Shown: one piece after another, positions 29,143 through 45,475 of the stretch
How positions within the stretch are numbered: the stretch's first letter is position 1
How the letters are laid out: each line of letters begins with the position of its first letter
Assembly: GCA_964016885.1 (NCBI GenBank)
Contig: CAXHJY010000684.1
Location: 1 to 64,000, forward strand
DNA length: 64,000 nucleotides
Direction: 5' to 3'
Source: Eledone cirrhosa
Taxonomy: Eukaryota
Notes under the pieces: generated by a model
Database searches by the model: none
The model's input: the letters and a program-made list of their open reading frames with translations, nothing else
What the model was told of the DNA's origin: nothing
Program-made: the position numbers and the translations under genes

Positions 29143-31547
29143 TTACATTATCACTAAAGCAGAAATACAAGCGCGCAAAATTTCTTGCGGGCTTTTAAAC
29201 ATATATTTATTGTTTTATTTCAAATCCCCCTGGGGTCGAATTTTCCTTTTCATCCATTTGGAGTCGATACAAGGAAAACCAATCCACTACTAGTTTTAAT
29301 TCAATCGATTATACCCATTCCTTAAAATGACCTTGTGCCTATGTTAGAAATTATTATTATTATTATTATTATTGTTATCATCATCATCATCATCGTCGTC
29401 ATCCTCATCATCATCGTCATCATCATCATCATCATCATTGAAAATATTTCTACTACCAGAACATATCCTTCTCTCTTCCTCCTTTAGCTAAAACTATTCA
29501 TGTATATTTCAGCTTGTTTCTATTGATGCTTTCATTTGTGTTCTACTTTTAGACTAGAGAAGCTAAACTATTTCTGTCCTCACAATAGTTTTGAAAGCGA
29601 TAAAGACGTTTGTTTTGCTAGCCACGAAGACGTTTGTTTTGCTATATTTCCTTTGTTATATATTTAAAAGCATCTTTTTATTACTTCTTTTCCTTTATGC
29701 TGATGATATAGCAAAATATTTCAGGCTTCATAGCACGACACTTACTAAAATGTATTGTTGCTATATAAAAGAAATCATTATTTTGTTGAAATTCTACTTC
29801 TCTCATGGATAGTTTCTATGTGTTTATTGCGCCCTGGCTTCTGCGCATGCCAATGTGTGTTTGTATTTATTTTCTGTTTATGATTTCATAGTTTTATGTA
29901 TTATCTTATGAATATTATTTTCCTTAGAATGCTTACACATTCTGATGAATACTATATTTTATAGTTCATCTAAGGAGAGTGAACTACAGAGCCAACGATC
30001 GCTAACGTTTTCTTCATCCCAAGCCTTATATTACCAACGGTTTCTTCTTTGACAGCTTTCTATGCTTCTATCCTCTATATTTTCATTATCTTATTTCAGA
30101 TCACCGTACTATAAATGCTTTACAATAGCTTTTCACATTTTATATATACAATTTCTAACTCCTATACACTTCAGTGATTGAATTTTATCCTATAGTATAT
30201 ATTAATAATATATTTCAAAGAATTACTATATTATTATTTATAACTACCACTAGTTTATACAGGAACTAAAATTGCTTCGGTTTGACTACCTCCGTGTTAT
30301 ACTCCGGAGATACTAGCAGCCATATTCATATAATTGATATAAATGCAAATATTCGTATTTAGTCTAAAATATGAAATGTTCACAAAGTGCTGGCGATTTT
30401 ATGTTGCAGCCATTTCATTTCTCTTATACTATTAAGGATTTTGGCAATATATTAAGGTATATCTCACAAGCTATTCCTCTCTTAAAGACTTAAATTTAAC
30501 AGTACGCACGGTTATGTAATTTTTTATGTATTTTTCTATGGCTGCTGTTAACCTTTCCCTTTTAACATAAAGCACACAAAATGATTTCAGTATCTTTATG
30601 TAATTGGGTTTTCGAGTTATATAGGTTTATAAAGTACAACAGATAACTTACAGAAGCAGTGGAGATACAAGAGGATCAACTATATTTTTCATAGCTTTGG
30701 GCAGTGGAAAGATAGATTATACGTTGGGGACTATACAAGTAAAATTCATCCCTGCTACAAATTCTTCTAATGTATGATGCAATGAAGTAATGACCCATCC
30801 CGTGTTCTTCATCAAAGCGTCTTCGAATATTCGAACTCATAACATATCCATAATCTTGTGTAATCGAACCGATAAATAACAACACCACGAAGTGTGTGGT
30901 ATGGTCCATGCAATATTATGTATGTACCTTAGGGCTACTAAATCAGAACACTCCTGGAGATACACACTGCTTGAAAGAATAAAATTGCACCTATATTTTA
31001 AGTAAAGCATATTATTTTAAAAGTTTAAAAGCTTTTCAAAACAATTCCTTGAAACTCATTCTCAAACAACGGCATACAGATTTAATGCACTGGGTAATTG
31101 CTGGCCTTGTGCCTAAAGTAGAAACAGTTATTATTTAGAGTATGATACTGATTATCATACATGTTGTAATAAAGTAATTGTGCGAATCATATTTGATAAT
31201 ATTAAGGAATACCTTATAGTAATGATTATATTATAGGTAATATTACATTTATAATACACATAATTGTCACCCAAGCAGCTTACAATTCTTTATATAAACA
31301 TTGAACACAAAACACAAACACACGCGCACACACAGACACATACAGACACACACGCACACACACACATATATATATGAGTTAAATGAAGAAATATATATAT
31401 ATATCTTTACACAAGTATTGATATACATATATATATATACAAAGAGGTCCAACCGATACTGAGTGTTGCTCTATGAAAGAATTAACAAAGATCAACCCAT
31501 TCAGAGCTTAATATAATATTATCTGGGAGAAGCAAACAAGATATGAT

Positions 31548-31677
31548 TTTACGTCCCTTTACGATCTGAGTTCAAATCCCGCCGAGGTTGACTTTGCCTT
31601 TCATCCTTACGGGGTCGATAAAATAAAGTACCAGTAATACACTGGGTAATTGCTGGCCTTGTGCCTAACGTAGAAAC

Positions 31678-31681
<4 letters not shown>
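31548..31681 (+). mobile_element. SINE family 1, 5'-truncated
   Basis: B box through tail, followed by (TA)n. Confidence 0.9.
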
Positions 31682-31770
<89 letters not shown>

Positions 31771-31780
31771 TATACATATA

Positions 31781-31868
<88 letters not shown>

Positions 31869-31969
31869 TATATATATGTATGTAAAAGGTAAACAAAAAT
31901 AACAAACACAATCGGTACAGTATATGGAAGGGATATATTAAGTTTTCGCTTGAAATAGTAGTAAGAGGG

Positions 31970-32005
31970 TTTTAACGTTTCGGACGCTAGTCCTTCATCA
32001 GAAGA
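31970..32005 (-). ncRNA. Minimal type I hammerhead ribozyme motif in a TA-flanked cassette (~31885-32105)
   Basis: Reverse complement TCTT-CTGATGA-A-GGAC-TAGC-GTCC-GAAA-CGT-T-AAAA: canonical core, 4-bp stem II, palindrome AACGTT, weak stem I. Confidence 0.75.
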
Positions 32006-32188
32006 AAGAATGAGAAATTAGATAGATTGAACAAACAGGCGGGTTGGAATTGGAAAAAATGTCTTTAGATAAAAATAACCGGTCCATTCATGTTGACATT
32101 TCTTGATATATATATATATATATACATGTATAGATGCGCCTACGGACGCATTTACCTTGCAATCCTACAACTATGTCTATATATATAT

Positions 32189-32480
32189 AGTACATTATGA
32201 AGAGAGAAGAAACATTTAGATATAATTAGTGATAAGATGTATCATACCTAAACTGCTTCTAGATTCCTCGACTACGTAGTTTCGTGGCATAATCAAAAAC
32301 AATACATCATAGAGATATAGAGCCTTTGTGAGGTCTGCCGACTTATCAAGAGGATACCTCATTTTACTAGTTTCAAGAACACGTCTATAAGATGTAGTCG
32401 AGGAATCTAGAAGCAGTTTAGGTATGATACATCTTATTACTAATTATATCTAAATGTTTCTTCTCTCTTCATAATGTACT
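32189..32480. repeat. Fold-back inverted repeat family D starting at a TA tract
   Basis: 32189-32275 and 32394-32480 are reverse complements (87 bp, one mismatch). Confidence 0.85.
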
Positions 32481-33779
32481 TTTGGCTCTGATACTGGTTC
32501 AGTCTAATCCATTCGGATTGGTTTGTCCCAGTTATTCATAGAGCAACATCGGTTAAGGTTGGCACCATTAACTCAAGGATGGATGTGGATATATTCATGT
32601 ATATGTGTGTGTCCGCATGTATCTGTGTGTTTCTCAATATATTGTATATATATATATAGAGAGAGAGATAGAGAGAGAGAATATTTGACGTCTCCATCTA
32701 ATGTCCTTTCGGATGTCATTGTTTTAGAGAATAAAAACTGTATTCAGTCATAAGCTTCTTTTTACCATATTTTATTTTGAGCAACTTTTTCAAAGACTTC
32801 TTGTTTGAAATTTATAATTGTTTCAGCCATTTTGCTTTCACGCGTTCAACTAATGAAACGTTTCCGGAAATTAAACGGCCAAGTTTCATTGATTAAGTTT
32901 CAAATAATCAATTTCATTGTTCTGAGAGAACATTGCAACAATACAAGAATTAAATGCAGTTCGGAGTACCCAACCAGTTACTCAACCGTATCTTAATGCA
33001 TTTAACTATCCATCCACCGAGAAACACGGACACATCTTTGTAATCTTTATTTTCTCATTCTCTTTTTTTTTCTCTTCACTAAAATGTTCGATTTATACTG
33101 TCTCTACAAAAAAATGTATATATATATATATATATATCCATCCATTTTCCATTTATCAATCTGACCGGTCAACCAACCAATTATATTAATTCATTAGGAT
33201 ATCCATCTTTTCCATCTATCCATTCAATCCTTTAACCATTGTTCTATCTATCCATCCGTCTATCCATTCATCTACCCACATATTATCCATCAAACCATCC
33301 ACCCATCAGTCAATCGATCCATCCATTCATCAACAAGCAAGCCAATCAGCCATCTAGCCTGCTGATCATCAATCCGTTTCCAGAAATATCAACTTCCTCG
33401 ACCCATGCATTATCAGTTCATTCATATTGTAAATAGCAACACATTTTCATTATTGATTTTTTCCCCCCAACAACGTTTATGGGGGGGGGGGGTACTGGAA
33501 CAATAAACAGGAAACTTCCATTCTATGTTTCAATCAATGTAGTCGCAGTTTCGATTTGATTTCATATGAATGTATCTCATTTATGTTTTCTACTACAAAT
33601 AATGTTTAGCTTTAGTTCAAAGCCAGAATTAGGAGACCTATCATATTGTACCTACCACATAGCTGGTACATATTTCAACAATCCCAACAGTAAAATCGAC
33701 ATTATACAAAAAAAAATGACGTTTGTGTGCAGAATGTTAGTGGGAATAGTTAGCTATTCTCCAAAATGTTTGTAAGCTG

Positions 33780-34520
33780 TTTTTCAGTATTGAGAGGTGA
33801 TTGCGTAACATTTATGGTGTGAGCGTTTAGTTAAATATTGGAAGGTCATTGTGTATAACTTTCGGCTATGAACAAATGCCTCAGAAAATGCTTGTGTACC
33901 TGAACAAATATAATCTTGTCAGCTGGAACCAAAATCAAGTGGTTGTGGTGACAAATAGTAATTATTATCTTTCCAAACCTCACAGATATTAAACAAGAGA
34001 AGATTCATTTCACGCCATCGTACAGTTAGGTTCTTTAAATATATCGATGACAGCCAACGAGCCTTCATATCATGTCGGCAACATGAATCGAATTTGTCAT
34101 TACAAAATACAAAGTAAAAATATTACTATTTACGGTGTGATGCACGTTTTCCTGTATTGTGTTGAGTGTGTAATATATGAGCTATGTTATTGTGTTACTA
34201 TGATCTCTTCTTTACCGTCTAATCATCGTTCCCTGCATCTATTGGGCAGATTACAGTATCTGCTCTTACCCTTCTCTTGTAAGGGTCACGTTTTACTGAC
34301 CAGAAGGTCAACCTGCTGCTAGTGCCACCTGTGTGGAATGCCCTGTATGCTGCGGCAGCTGATGCGTAGATATGCATTGGATCTCCATAATATGCAGAAA
34401 TTTCTTGATGGTGAGCCGGTCCAGAATCATTTTGTTGCAGCTCAGCTTTTCGACAATTCCAATTTTACCTCAAACGAAGATAAGTTTGTGGTTTGTGCGT
34501 CAATAGATGGTATGGGTTGA
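33780..34520 (-). pseudogene. Ancient CR1/L2-like reverse transcriptase relic
   Basis: Frameshifted minus-strand motifs in RT order: AYRAFH (QSAYRxxHST-like), WLSSIYLKN (WxxSYLxNR-like), YTNDLP, HKCYAITSQY (HxYADDTQLY-like). Confidence 0.5.
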
Positions 34521-37237
34521 CAAAAACGATGGCATTTTCGAATGGATTCTAGTCACCGGCGAATATTAATTTAACATCTTATTCTCAAGTATTCTTACTA
34601 CAGGTATAATGCATAACTTTTCGAAATCCTTCGATTGCAGTGCCATAGGGGATATTATTGATCTTGAATTAAGTAAATAGCCATGCTAGGATCGTCAATG
34701 TCGAGGCTGCTCGAGATGAGTACAAAACGATGAAATCATTCTGTGTATTCGTTCAGTGTCCAAGCATTACTAGTTCGTAGAGTTCTTTATAGGACGGATT
34801 TGACTACCAGTCGAGTGCATCATGAAAAGACGACATACTTTTGCAATCTGTGTTTTAGTAATGATCGTTTATACATCGCGCTTGTGACTGTAAGCTGTTG
34901 TCCTTTTACTCTTTTTACGCAGAAATTGGCATTAGGCACTATCCTCTTTCATTCTTTCCTTCTTTCTTTCTTTTTCTTTCTTCTTTCTTCTTCTTTTTCT
35001 TTTTCTTCTTGGTTGCTCCTCCCCCTCCTCCTCCTCCTCCTCCTCCTCCTCCTCCTTTTCATCACCGTCCTCCTCATCCTCCTCAACGGGATGATCACCA
35101 CATCTAGCACCATTACCACACCACCATTGCTATCAGTACGATCATGATGATGATCATCATCATGGTCAAAACCATTATTATCATCATCATCATCATCATC
35201 GTCATCATCATCATCAGCAGTAATGTTGATATTACAACAAAATCACACAATATTAATTTCATCTTCATAAAACAGATTCTACACAATTCCTTCACGTCTA
35301 GACGGCAATATTTCCAATAATTAAATTCGCTTAAGGCCTAATTCCGAATGTAATATCTACTCTAGTTACTTTTAAAATAACAATCATTTCACAAACATGA
35401 CGTGGCGTGTTTACGTGGTCATTACCTAATTCAGGATGACAAACACACACACACACACACATTTACACACATAGACACACACACACGCATACACACACAC
35501 ACACACACACACACATAGACACACACACACACACACACACATATATATCTATATATATATATATGTATGTATGTGTACGATAATGGCAATTGCAAAGGCA
35601 AGATGTAGAAAGTAGAAATTCATATGTCATTCTATTCAGAATTCACCATGATACGTATTTCTGTAGCAAGGCAGTCACCACTCAACCACCAACATCACTT
35701 CATCAGACAGCACGTTAACTAATAAGGTTGTTATGTAACATTCCATTCCAATATAAACTATAATGAAATGTGTATGTTCTTTCGCAGCCTGTCTTTTTAT
35801 TTATATCCCATGGTGTCATATGATGCCTTGTTGGTAGTTGCGTGATAATTCTACTATGTAACCATGAAAGCAACAGAAATATGTATTACGGTGGATTCTG
35901 AATAAAATTGAGTTATGAATTTCTATATCTGGCCTTTGCAATTATCTTTATTTTACGTATACTCCGTCATTAACTACTAACTCGCATTTGATGAGGATGG
36001 TGATGATGTTGATGATGATGATGATGATGAATGTCCAATAAAAAATATTCACTCATCGGTAGGAATGACCGCGTATATTAACTGAGGGTAAAAACCCATT
36101 ACAAATCCGGGTTATTGAATATACCCTTTCCCTGTTTCTTTTCCTCCTGTCTTAAACAAGCCTTGTCTGGGTAGGTGTAATCAGCTTCGTCATTCTCGCC
36201 ACTATCACCCACTATTTGCGAAACACTTTAAATATTAGAACGACTCTCTCAACTCTCATTTTCCTCTTCAATTGGTACAAGAAGAAGTTAATGAGGTCTT
36301 GCTCTCAAACCTTTCACCCGTGATCAGCATACTACAACTTTTACTACAGCTGCTATGCAGAAAAAAAAAAATCTTGTCGCTCTTCCTTGTGTTTCAATTT
36401 TTTCTATAGATTTGGCTAACATTCTGATGAGTCGACACGATTCCACGATATAATCGCCCAGAGTGCATCACGGAAAGATTCGGCCGTTCGCACTTCCGTG
36501 CCTATAGAGCATTTCTCAAACAAGGAAGCACCCCTATAGCAATGCCATACCAAGAACGTTTCCAAATTATCATTGTCTCCAACTTGAAAGTCCAAAAGTA
36601 TCTGCTCAGGTTCTCTTATATAATGCCAAGATTAGTTACTAGGCCATCGTCTCTCACTCCCTCCCTCCCTCCCTCCCTCAAGAGAGAGAAGGATAGAGAC
36701 GAGAAGAAGAAAGAAAGAACTAAAGAAAGAAAGAACGAACGACGAATGAATGAAATGTACAGAAAATAGAGTGAAAGAATAAGATTATTTTGCTTCTGTT
36801 ATAGTCTTTTTTTTTTTACTAGTAATCATATGAAGTGATAAACCTATTCTTGTGTGCATATGTATGCATGAAAATGATTTTATCTTCGTAGTAGGAGAGA
36901 AAGAAAGAATTAATTAATGGAAGAAAAGAAAAATAAGTACCGAAAAGAGAGATTTATGTACATACTCGCGTGAATGTACAGATGCATAGATAGCACACAA
37001 TATGTGAGATTTTCTACTTCTCCTTTCCAATTACATTATCTCCATCTCTATCTATTCCTCTCCTTTCCTCCTTTTCCTCTCGCCCCCATCTCTCTCTCTC
37101 TGCCTCTCTATATATATGTATATATATAGATATATATAGGTATATGTGTGTGTCTATATATATGTGTGTGGGTATATATATATATATAACCAAATGAAAA
37201 AGATATATATATACACACACACATATATATACATGTA

Positions 37238-37362
<125 letters not shown>

Positions 37363-37414
37363 TCACACACAGATCTTTCTCTTTTTTCACTTTTTCTCCC
37401 ACATTCTGTATCTA

Positions 37415-37495
37415 ACTATCTATCTATTACCCGCCGTCACGTCTTATAATGTCCCATTTTTGTACGCCCCTGTGGCGAATAAAGAAATATATCTA
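37415..37495 (+). mobile_element. Short 3' end of a Tx1-like LINE in TATC context
   Basis: GCCCCTGTGGCGAATAAAGAAAT resembles the 3' terminus GCCCTTGTGACTAATAAAGAAAT at 58153-58175; TATC on both sides. Confidence 0.5.
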
Positions 37496-37847
37496 TTAAT
37501 ATTTCCATTTATCTTTCTATCTGCTCCTTTTCTCCTTTCTCTTTTACATTCGCCGTTTCTTTCACTCTTTCTATTACCATATCTATATTATAATCTGTCT
37601 ATCCTAATTTTGGTGTCCAACACTTACCTTCATTACCTTTCTCCTCGTCGTTTCTCTTTCCATCTCTCTCTCTCCTTCTCTCCCTCTCTCCCCCCTCTCT
37701 CTCTCCTTCTCTCCCTCTCTCCCCCTCTCTCTCTCTCCTTCTCTCCCTCTCTCCTCCTCTCTCTCTGTCTCTGTTTGTATATGTGTAAACCCCCCCACAC
37801 ACACATATATATATATACATACATACATACATACATACATACATACA

Positions 37848-37881
<34 letters not shown>

Positions 37882-38182
37882 AATATATATATATAGCCAG
37901 TCTGATGCTTGGCCGAAATAAAGAATATGTTTTCCTCTACTGTGATATTAAGTATTCGCTCACGCAACCGTCATTTCTAATCGGATATACGTATATATAT
38001 ATATATATATATGAAATATACAGAGAGTGAAATAGAGAACGAGATAGATAGATAGAGTGAGAGAGGGAGAGAGCGAGAGAGGGAGAGAGAGAGAGAGAGA
38101 TGGATATATATATATATATATTCCTGTTTTAACGACATCACAACTTTCTCCGGCTTAGCCTGTTCCCCCCCTTTCGGAACTT

Positions 38183-38218
38183 TCCCCCGTTGATGGGCGT
38201 GAGCCCGAAATATTGGGA
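38183..38218 (+). ncRNA. Degenerate minimal hammerhead motif in a TA-flanked cassette (38122-38310)
   Basis: TCCC-CCGTTGA-T-GGGC-GTGA-GCCC-GAAA-TAT-T-GGGA: stems I and II perfect, palindrome AATATT, two core substitutions. Confidence 0.6.
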
Positions 38219-38307
38219 TTAAATCTCCACTACGGTAACCCTTCTACCTTTGTTTTGTTTTCATCTTTGTCTCTCTCAATTTTCACTTTCTCCTATTTCT
38301 CCTATCT

Positions 38308-38392
<85 letters not shown>

Positions 38393-39196
38393 AGAGTTGT
38401 GTTTTTGTTTGGATTGATTTATAAAGTTTTATATACAAACAAACATCTACGAAAGAAAAGACTCAATATTAGTTAAATTCTTGATACCTATAAGTTTCAC
38501 CTCTGGCGCCATATGCAACCAGTAATGAAAGTCCAGAATTTGTTAACATTCATTCAAGAATCCTTTTTCAATGGAACATTTCTGTGTAAGATAGTATTGG
38601 TAAATTTAGTTTAGATTTATAATAATTAATAGTGGGTTAAATTTAGAAATTAAACGCCTGCAATAAAGAAATCGACAGACATATTTCAGGACACATTATA
38701 GTACGTAAGTCTACTTACTCTATGTATGAAACATGACAGAATGGTAATGGTAAGTTATGCAGTTATGCATAAAAATGGCTACACTGCAACTCCACCACTA
38801 CATCATCTCCCACTACGATTCATTTAAAATCAGTAGAACAACAACCGGTACACAACTATAAAATGAGATTTATGTGCCCAAAGAGATGGGTTAACAACTT
38901 TTTTGATTGCTCGTCCTGTCTACTATTTGTGGTGCTAAATACCATTAGAAACAAATGAAGGTAATACAATCCCTCTCAAGCACTGATATTTATATTTAAG
39001 TAAGTCCTTGTCTACTTCTAATGAATCATCAAGAATATTCTTATTATGATTGATTTGCGTCAGCTATAAAAGGTTTTCGATCCCCAGGTGAAAACCACGT
39101 GACTACATTTACGAGACTAGTGCTATCGATACAGATTTAGATGCCTCGGCACTTCATTTTAGTCATTCTATAACTAGTAAACATTAAATTATACTC

Positions 39197-39379
39197 GTGG
39201 ATTGGCAGTATCGGTAGAGGGTCGGACGCCATGCTTTCCAGCATAGTTACGTCCCTTTACGATCTGAGTTCAAATCCCGCCGAGGTTGACTTTGCCTTTC
39301 ATCCTTACGGAGTCGATAAAATAAAGTACCAGTAATGCACTTGGTAATTGCTGGCCTTGTGCCTAAAGTAGAAACAATT
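39197..39379 (+). mobile_element. SINE family 1, full length with TSD
   Basis: TSD ATTAAATTATACTC at 39183-39196 and 39377-39390. Confidence 0.93.
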
Positions 39380-39699
39380 AAATTATACTCAAGTATGGAA
39401 TTCAATGAGATGTTTTTGTTGTTATTGATTAGTTTCGTATTATACCTGATCATACAGGACTATGATCAAAGGCATACTTAGCTGCGTGGTCATTTTGAGC
39501 TGCCATAGGCAACGAGAAAGACAGTTTCCATAGAAGTGTTTGTAGCCTGAGAAAGATATTTATGTTTATTCAAGCTTAACAAGGTTCTCTTATGAAAAGC
39601 ATTTGTCTTCAGGAATAACAAGGATATGAAGAGTTACTATAGTGCTTACAGTTAACAATAATCTTTTGGATAAACAAAACTCAACAAGGTCAAATTATT

Positions 39700-41050
39700 A
39701 TTATTATTCGATAGACCTATTTTTATTACACGTTTTAACTGCGCTATAGACCATAGCTCTGTACACGTTCGGCATGCGCACCATTTTGTTTTGGTTTTGC
39801 ATTTTTATTATGTCAAAATCAGTATAAATAATATGTGATCAATGCGTAGTAGTGTATTTCTAAGTAGGTTGTTTAATTTTGTAAGATGTTAGATGTATTT
39901 TCTATCTATAAAATAAAATTTCCAGTTACAAGGCTAGTTTCTATGTTTAGTCACCATATTTCGTTTATCCTCATTTTCTGATATATATATATTTACATCA
40001 TTTCTCCAGTTCATTTAGACATACTATCTAGAAATAATATTTTGATTAAGAGATATTTGATACCATGTTGGTCTTTTTCACAATTATATATTGTCGATTA
40101 ACCTTGACCTCTCTCTCTCTATATGTACTGAAATCTCCCAGAGTATGGTTGCTTTGTTATTCTCTGAAGCTTTTTCTAGTCTAAGTTTATACAATTTATT
40201 TTTGCCGGTATTATTTCATAATGCCGGCATAATTTCTAGTGTAAGAAAATGACAAGTATCACATACTTGTATTTACAGCTTATTTCGTTTTGATCTTTAA
40301 GTTATTAATTAAAATCTTTCGATGGATGATGCGCTAAATTACAAACTATGGTGTAACATAATCCTATGTTCCTATCTCACAAATTTCTGGTCTTTTACTC
40401 AAATTGGAAATAATTTTTCCTTTTCATTATTAGCTATTGACACACATGGATATTATATTAGCTCGCTTCCATTAAATTGTATTTTATACAGTCTTACTGG
40501 ATGAAAAATATTTCCCTTTGGATTATTTTGCAAACAGTAAACTTCCATTTTAATATTTAATAAAAGGCCTGTTGTTATTCATATATTTATTCTTTTACAT
40601 ATCTTAATGTATACATAAAGACTAAAATGTTAACATGAAGTACAACGAGAATTATGAACAAGAGAGGAAGTAGTATTCTGAAGCAATACTCGATAACTGT
40701 TTCTACTTTAGGCACAAGGCCAGCAATCACCCAGTACATTACTGGTACTTTATTATCGACCCCGTAAGGATGAAAGGCAAAGCCAACCTCGGCGGGATTT
40801 GAACTCAGATCGTAAAGGGACGTAACTATGCTGGAAAGCATGGTGCCTGACCCTCTACCGATACTGCCAATCCACCGCCCTCGATAACAATATTGAAATG
40901 AGTTATATAACGCTATATAGAAACAAACACTCGAAGACACCGATAATAAGAACCACAATTGTACGTTAAAAAAAGGGAATTTTCGTAACATAAATAACAG
41001 CGAGTACAACAAAAACAATGCACATAGACACAAATATCTTTCACCAATAT
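39700..41050 (-). pseudogene. Ancient CR1-like LINE relic, interrupted by a SINE
   Basis: Decayed minus-strand motifs in order: PQGS-like (~40510), IANNEK (YADDxK-like, ~40430), ERDLGV-like (~40105), ERVQ (~39765). Confidence 0.35.
40696..40880 (-). mobile_element. SINE family 1, full length with TSD
   Basis: TSD CTCGATAAC at 40689-40697 and 40880-40888. Confidence 0.92.
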
Positions 41051-41099
41051 GTCATATTAAATATTTAGTTATGGTGAAATAAAAGCATGATAGACCAAT

Positions 41100-41420
41100 G
41101 GTTACCTGGATTCTAAAGAATTGTCTCCTTACCCGATTAATATATCCAGAATCGAGCATGGAAGAAAGTGATTTACCTTTGTCTCACAAAAGGAAGAGGT
41201 GTTGTCTACGCTTTCAAAAATGAATTTAATGTGACGCTATACGAGGTCTGGATGAAACATTTAAGCATTGAAAAGGGCAAGGTCTATGGAACCATGTGCT
41301 TAACTTTTTGGAGCCGCGAGGAAAGGAATATTTCCTGAACTCTCAGCTTATCTAAACATGGCGATGAGGTTTTTTTATGTCCACAAAAATGTAGTGGCTG
41401 CGAGTCCCCGCCAGTAAGTG
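41100..41420 (+). pseudogene. Possible decayed Tc1/mariner transposase fragment
   Basis: Frameshifted NHVLNFWSRE...FPELSAYLN resembles the FWxxxxWPxxSPDLN motif. Confidence 0.3.
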
Positions 41421-41704
41421 GAACTATGTTTATCTCTTCGGCTTTATAAGTGAATGTGTCCCCTTCTTAACATCGAGGACGTAGCCAAATGGCAGGAGGA
41501 GTTGGTGCGCTTGCCTCTTGCACATATGTTCATGTTAGAATATATAGGACAACGCGATACTAGAGATATTGATAAAGATATTGATTCTTGGTGCGTCGCC
41601 ATATTTGCTGTACAGAAAGAGCAGACAATGAACGTAGAGGGAACACGGGTCAATATGCGATCAAGTGAGTCTACATAGACAAGGTTTGCGTCTACCTAGG
41701 ATCC

Positions 41705-42005
41705 GACAAGGAGTGTTCCAGGTTTTCGAACAATGGAACAGCGTATTCCTGAAATTAACGTGCAAGTTGTGGAGCATTCCATAAACATCTGTACCATTAA
41801 TGTATTTCTCAGGGTGATTTAGTGTGTCATTATATGTGACAAGAATAGCCTTTTGAATTACAGGTACAACTTATTTTTGTCAGTTAAGTGGGCTGAAGCA
41901 GCTTGAAATAAAATGTCTTTTTCAAGGAAACAACGTGCCACCGAGTGCTGAACTCGCGACATTACGATCGTGAATCAAACAGCATAACCTCTATGACACG
42001 CGTGG
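41705..42005 (-). mobile_element. Degenerate CORE-type SINE family 3
   Basis: GAAATTAACGTGCAAGT..GAGCATTCC and GAAATAAAATGTCTT...CAAGGAAACAACG; relatives at 47250-47345 (minus) and 47404-47615 (plus). Confidence 0.65.
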
Positions 42006-42174
42006 TCATGGTGACCCTAGCTAAAAAACAAATACAAAACTAAAGTATGAAGAAAGGCCAATCGCTTTCCATGCGGCAGTAATAAATACTTGAAGGTATT
42101 CTGCCCCGAGGAATTCCAAAAGCAAGCAGAGACACAAAACAAACAAGATAACAGCATATGAAGCAACAACGAGA

Positions 42175-45112
<2,938 letters not shown>

Positions 45113-45434
45113 ATATACGTATATGTTACTTTTGCAATAACTATATATATTGCTCATGTATAAATACGCGCGCGCACACACACAATATATTGTGTTCCCC
45201 TCTTTATGCGCTTATATTGGTATACTAGTTCTACGTTACACACACACACACATACACACACACACACATACATACACACATACATACATGTACATTATAT
45301 ATATATATTATGTATATGAATCTGAACAATATCGAATACACATTGCGTATTCAACACCACACCATCATCACCACCACCATCAACCAACACACCCGCCAGC
45401 ACTATCCCTCACCCACAACAATAGTTTCTACTAG

Positions 45435-45475
<41 letters not shown>

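Noticed and set aside
29591-29812. ORF with LYADD motif as a reverse transcriptase gene
   Set aside because: Only the motif is recognisable and flanking RT motifs could not be traced convincingly; at most a very old LINE trace
36424-36460. CTGATGA hammerhead core
   Set aside because: The following hairpin is not followed by GAAA; no stem I or III; not in a TA cassette
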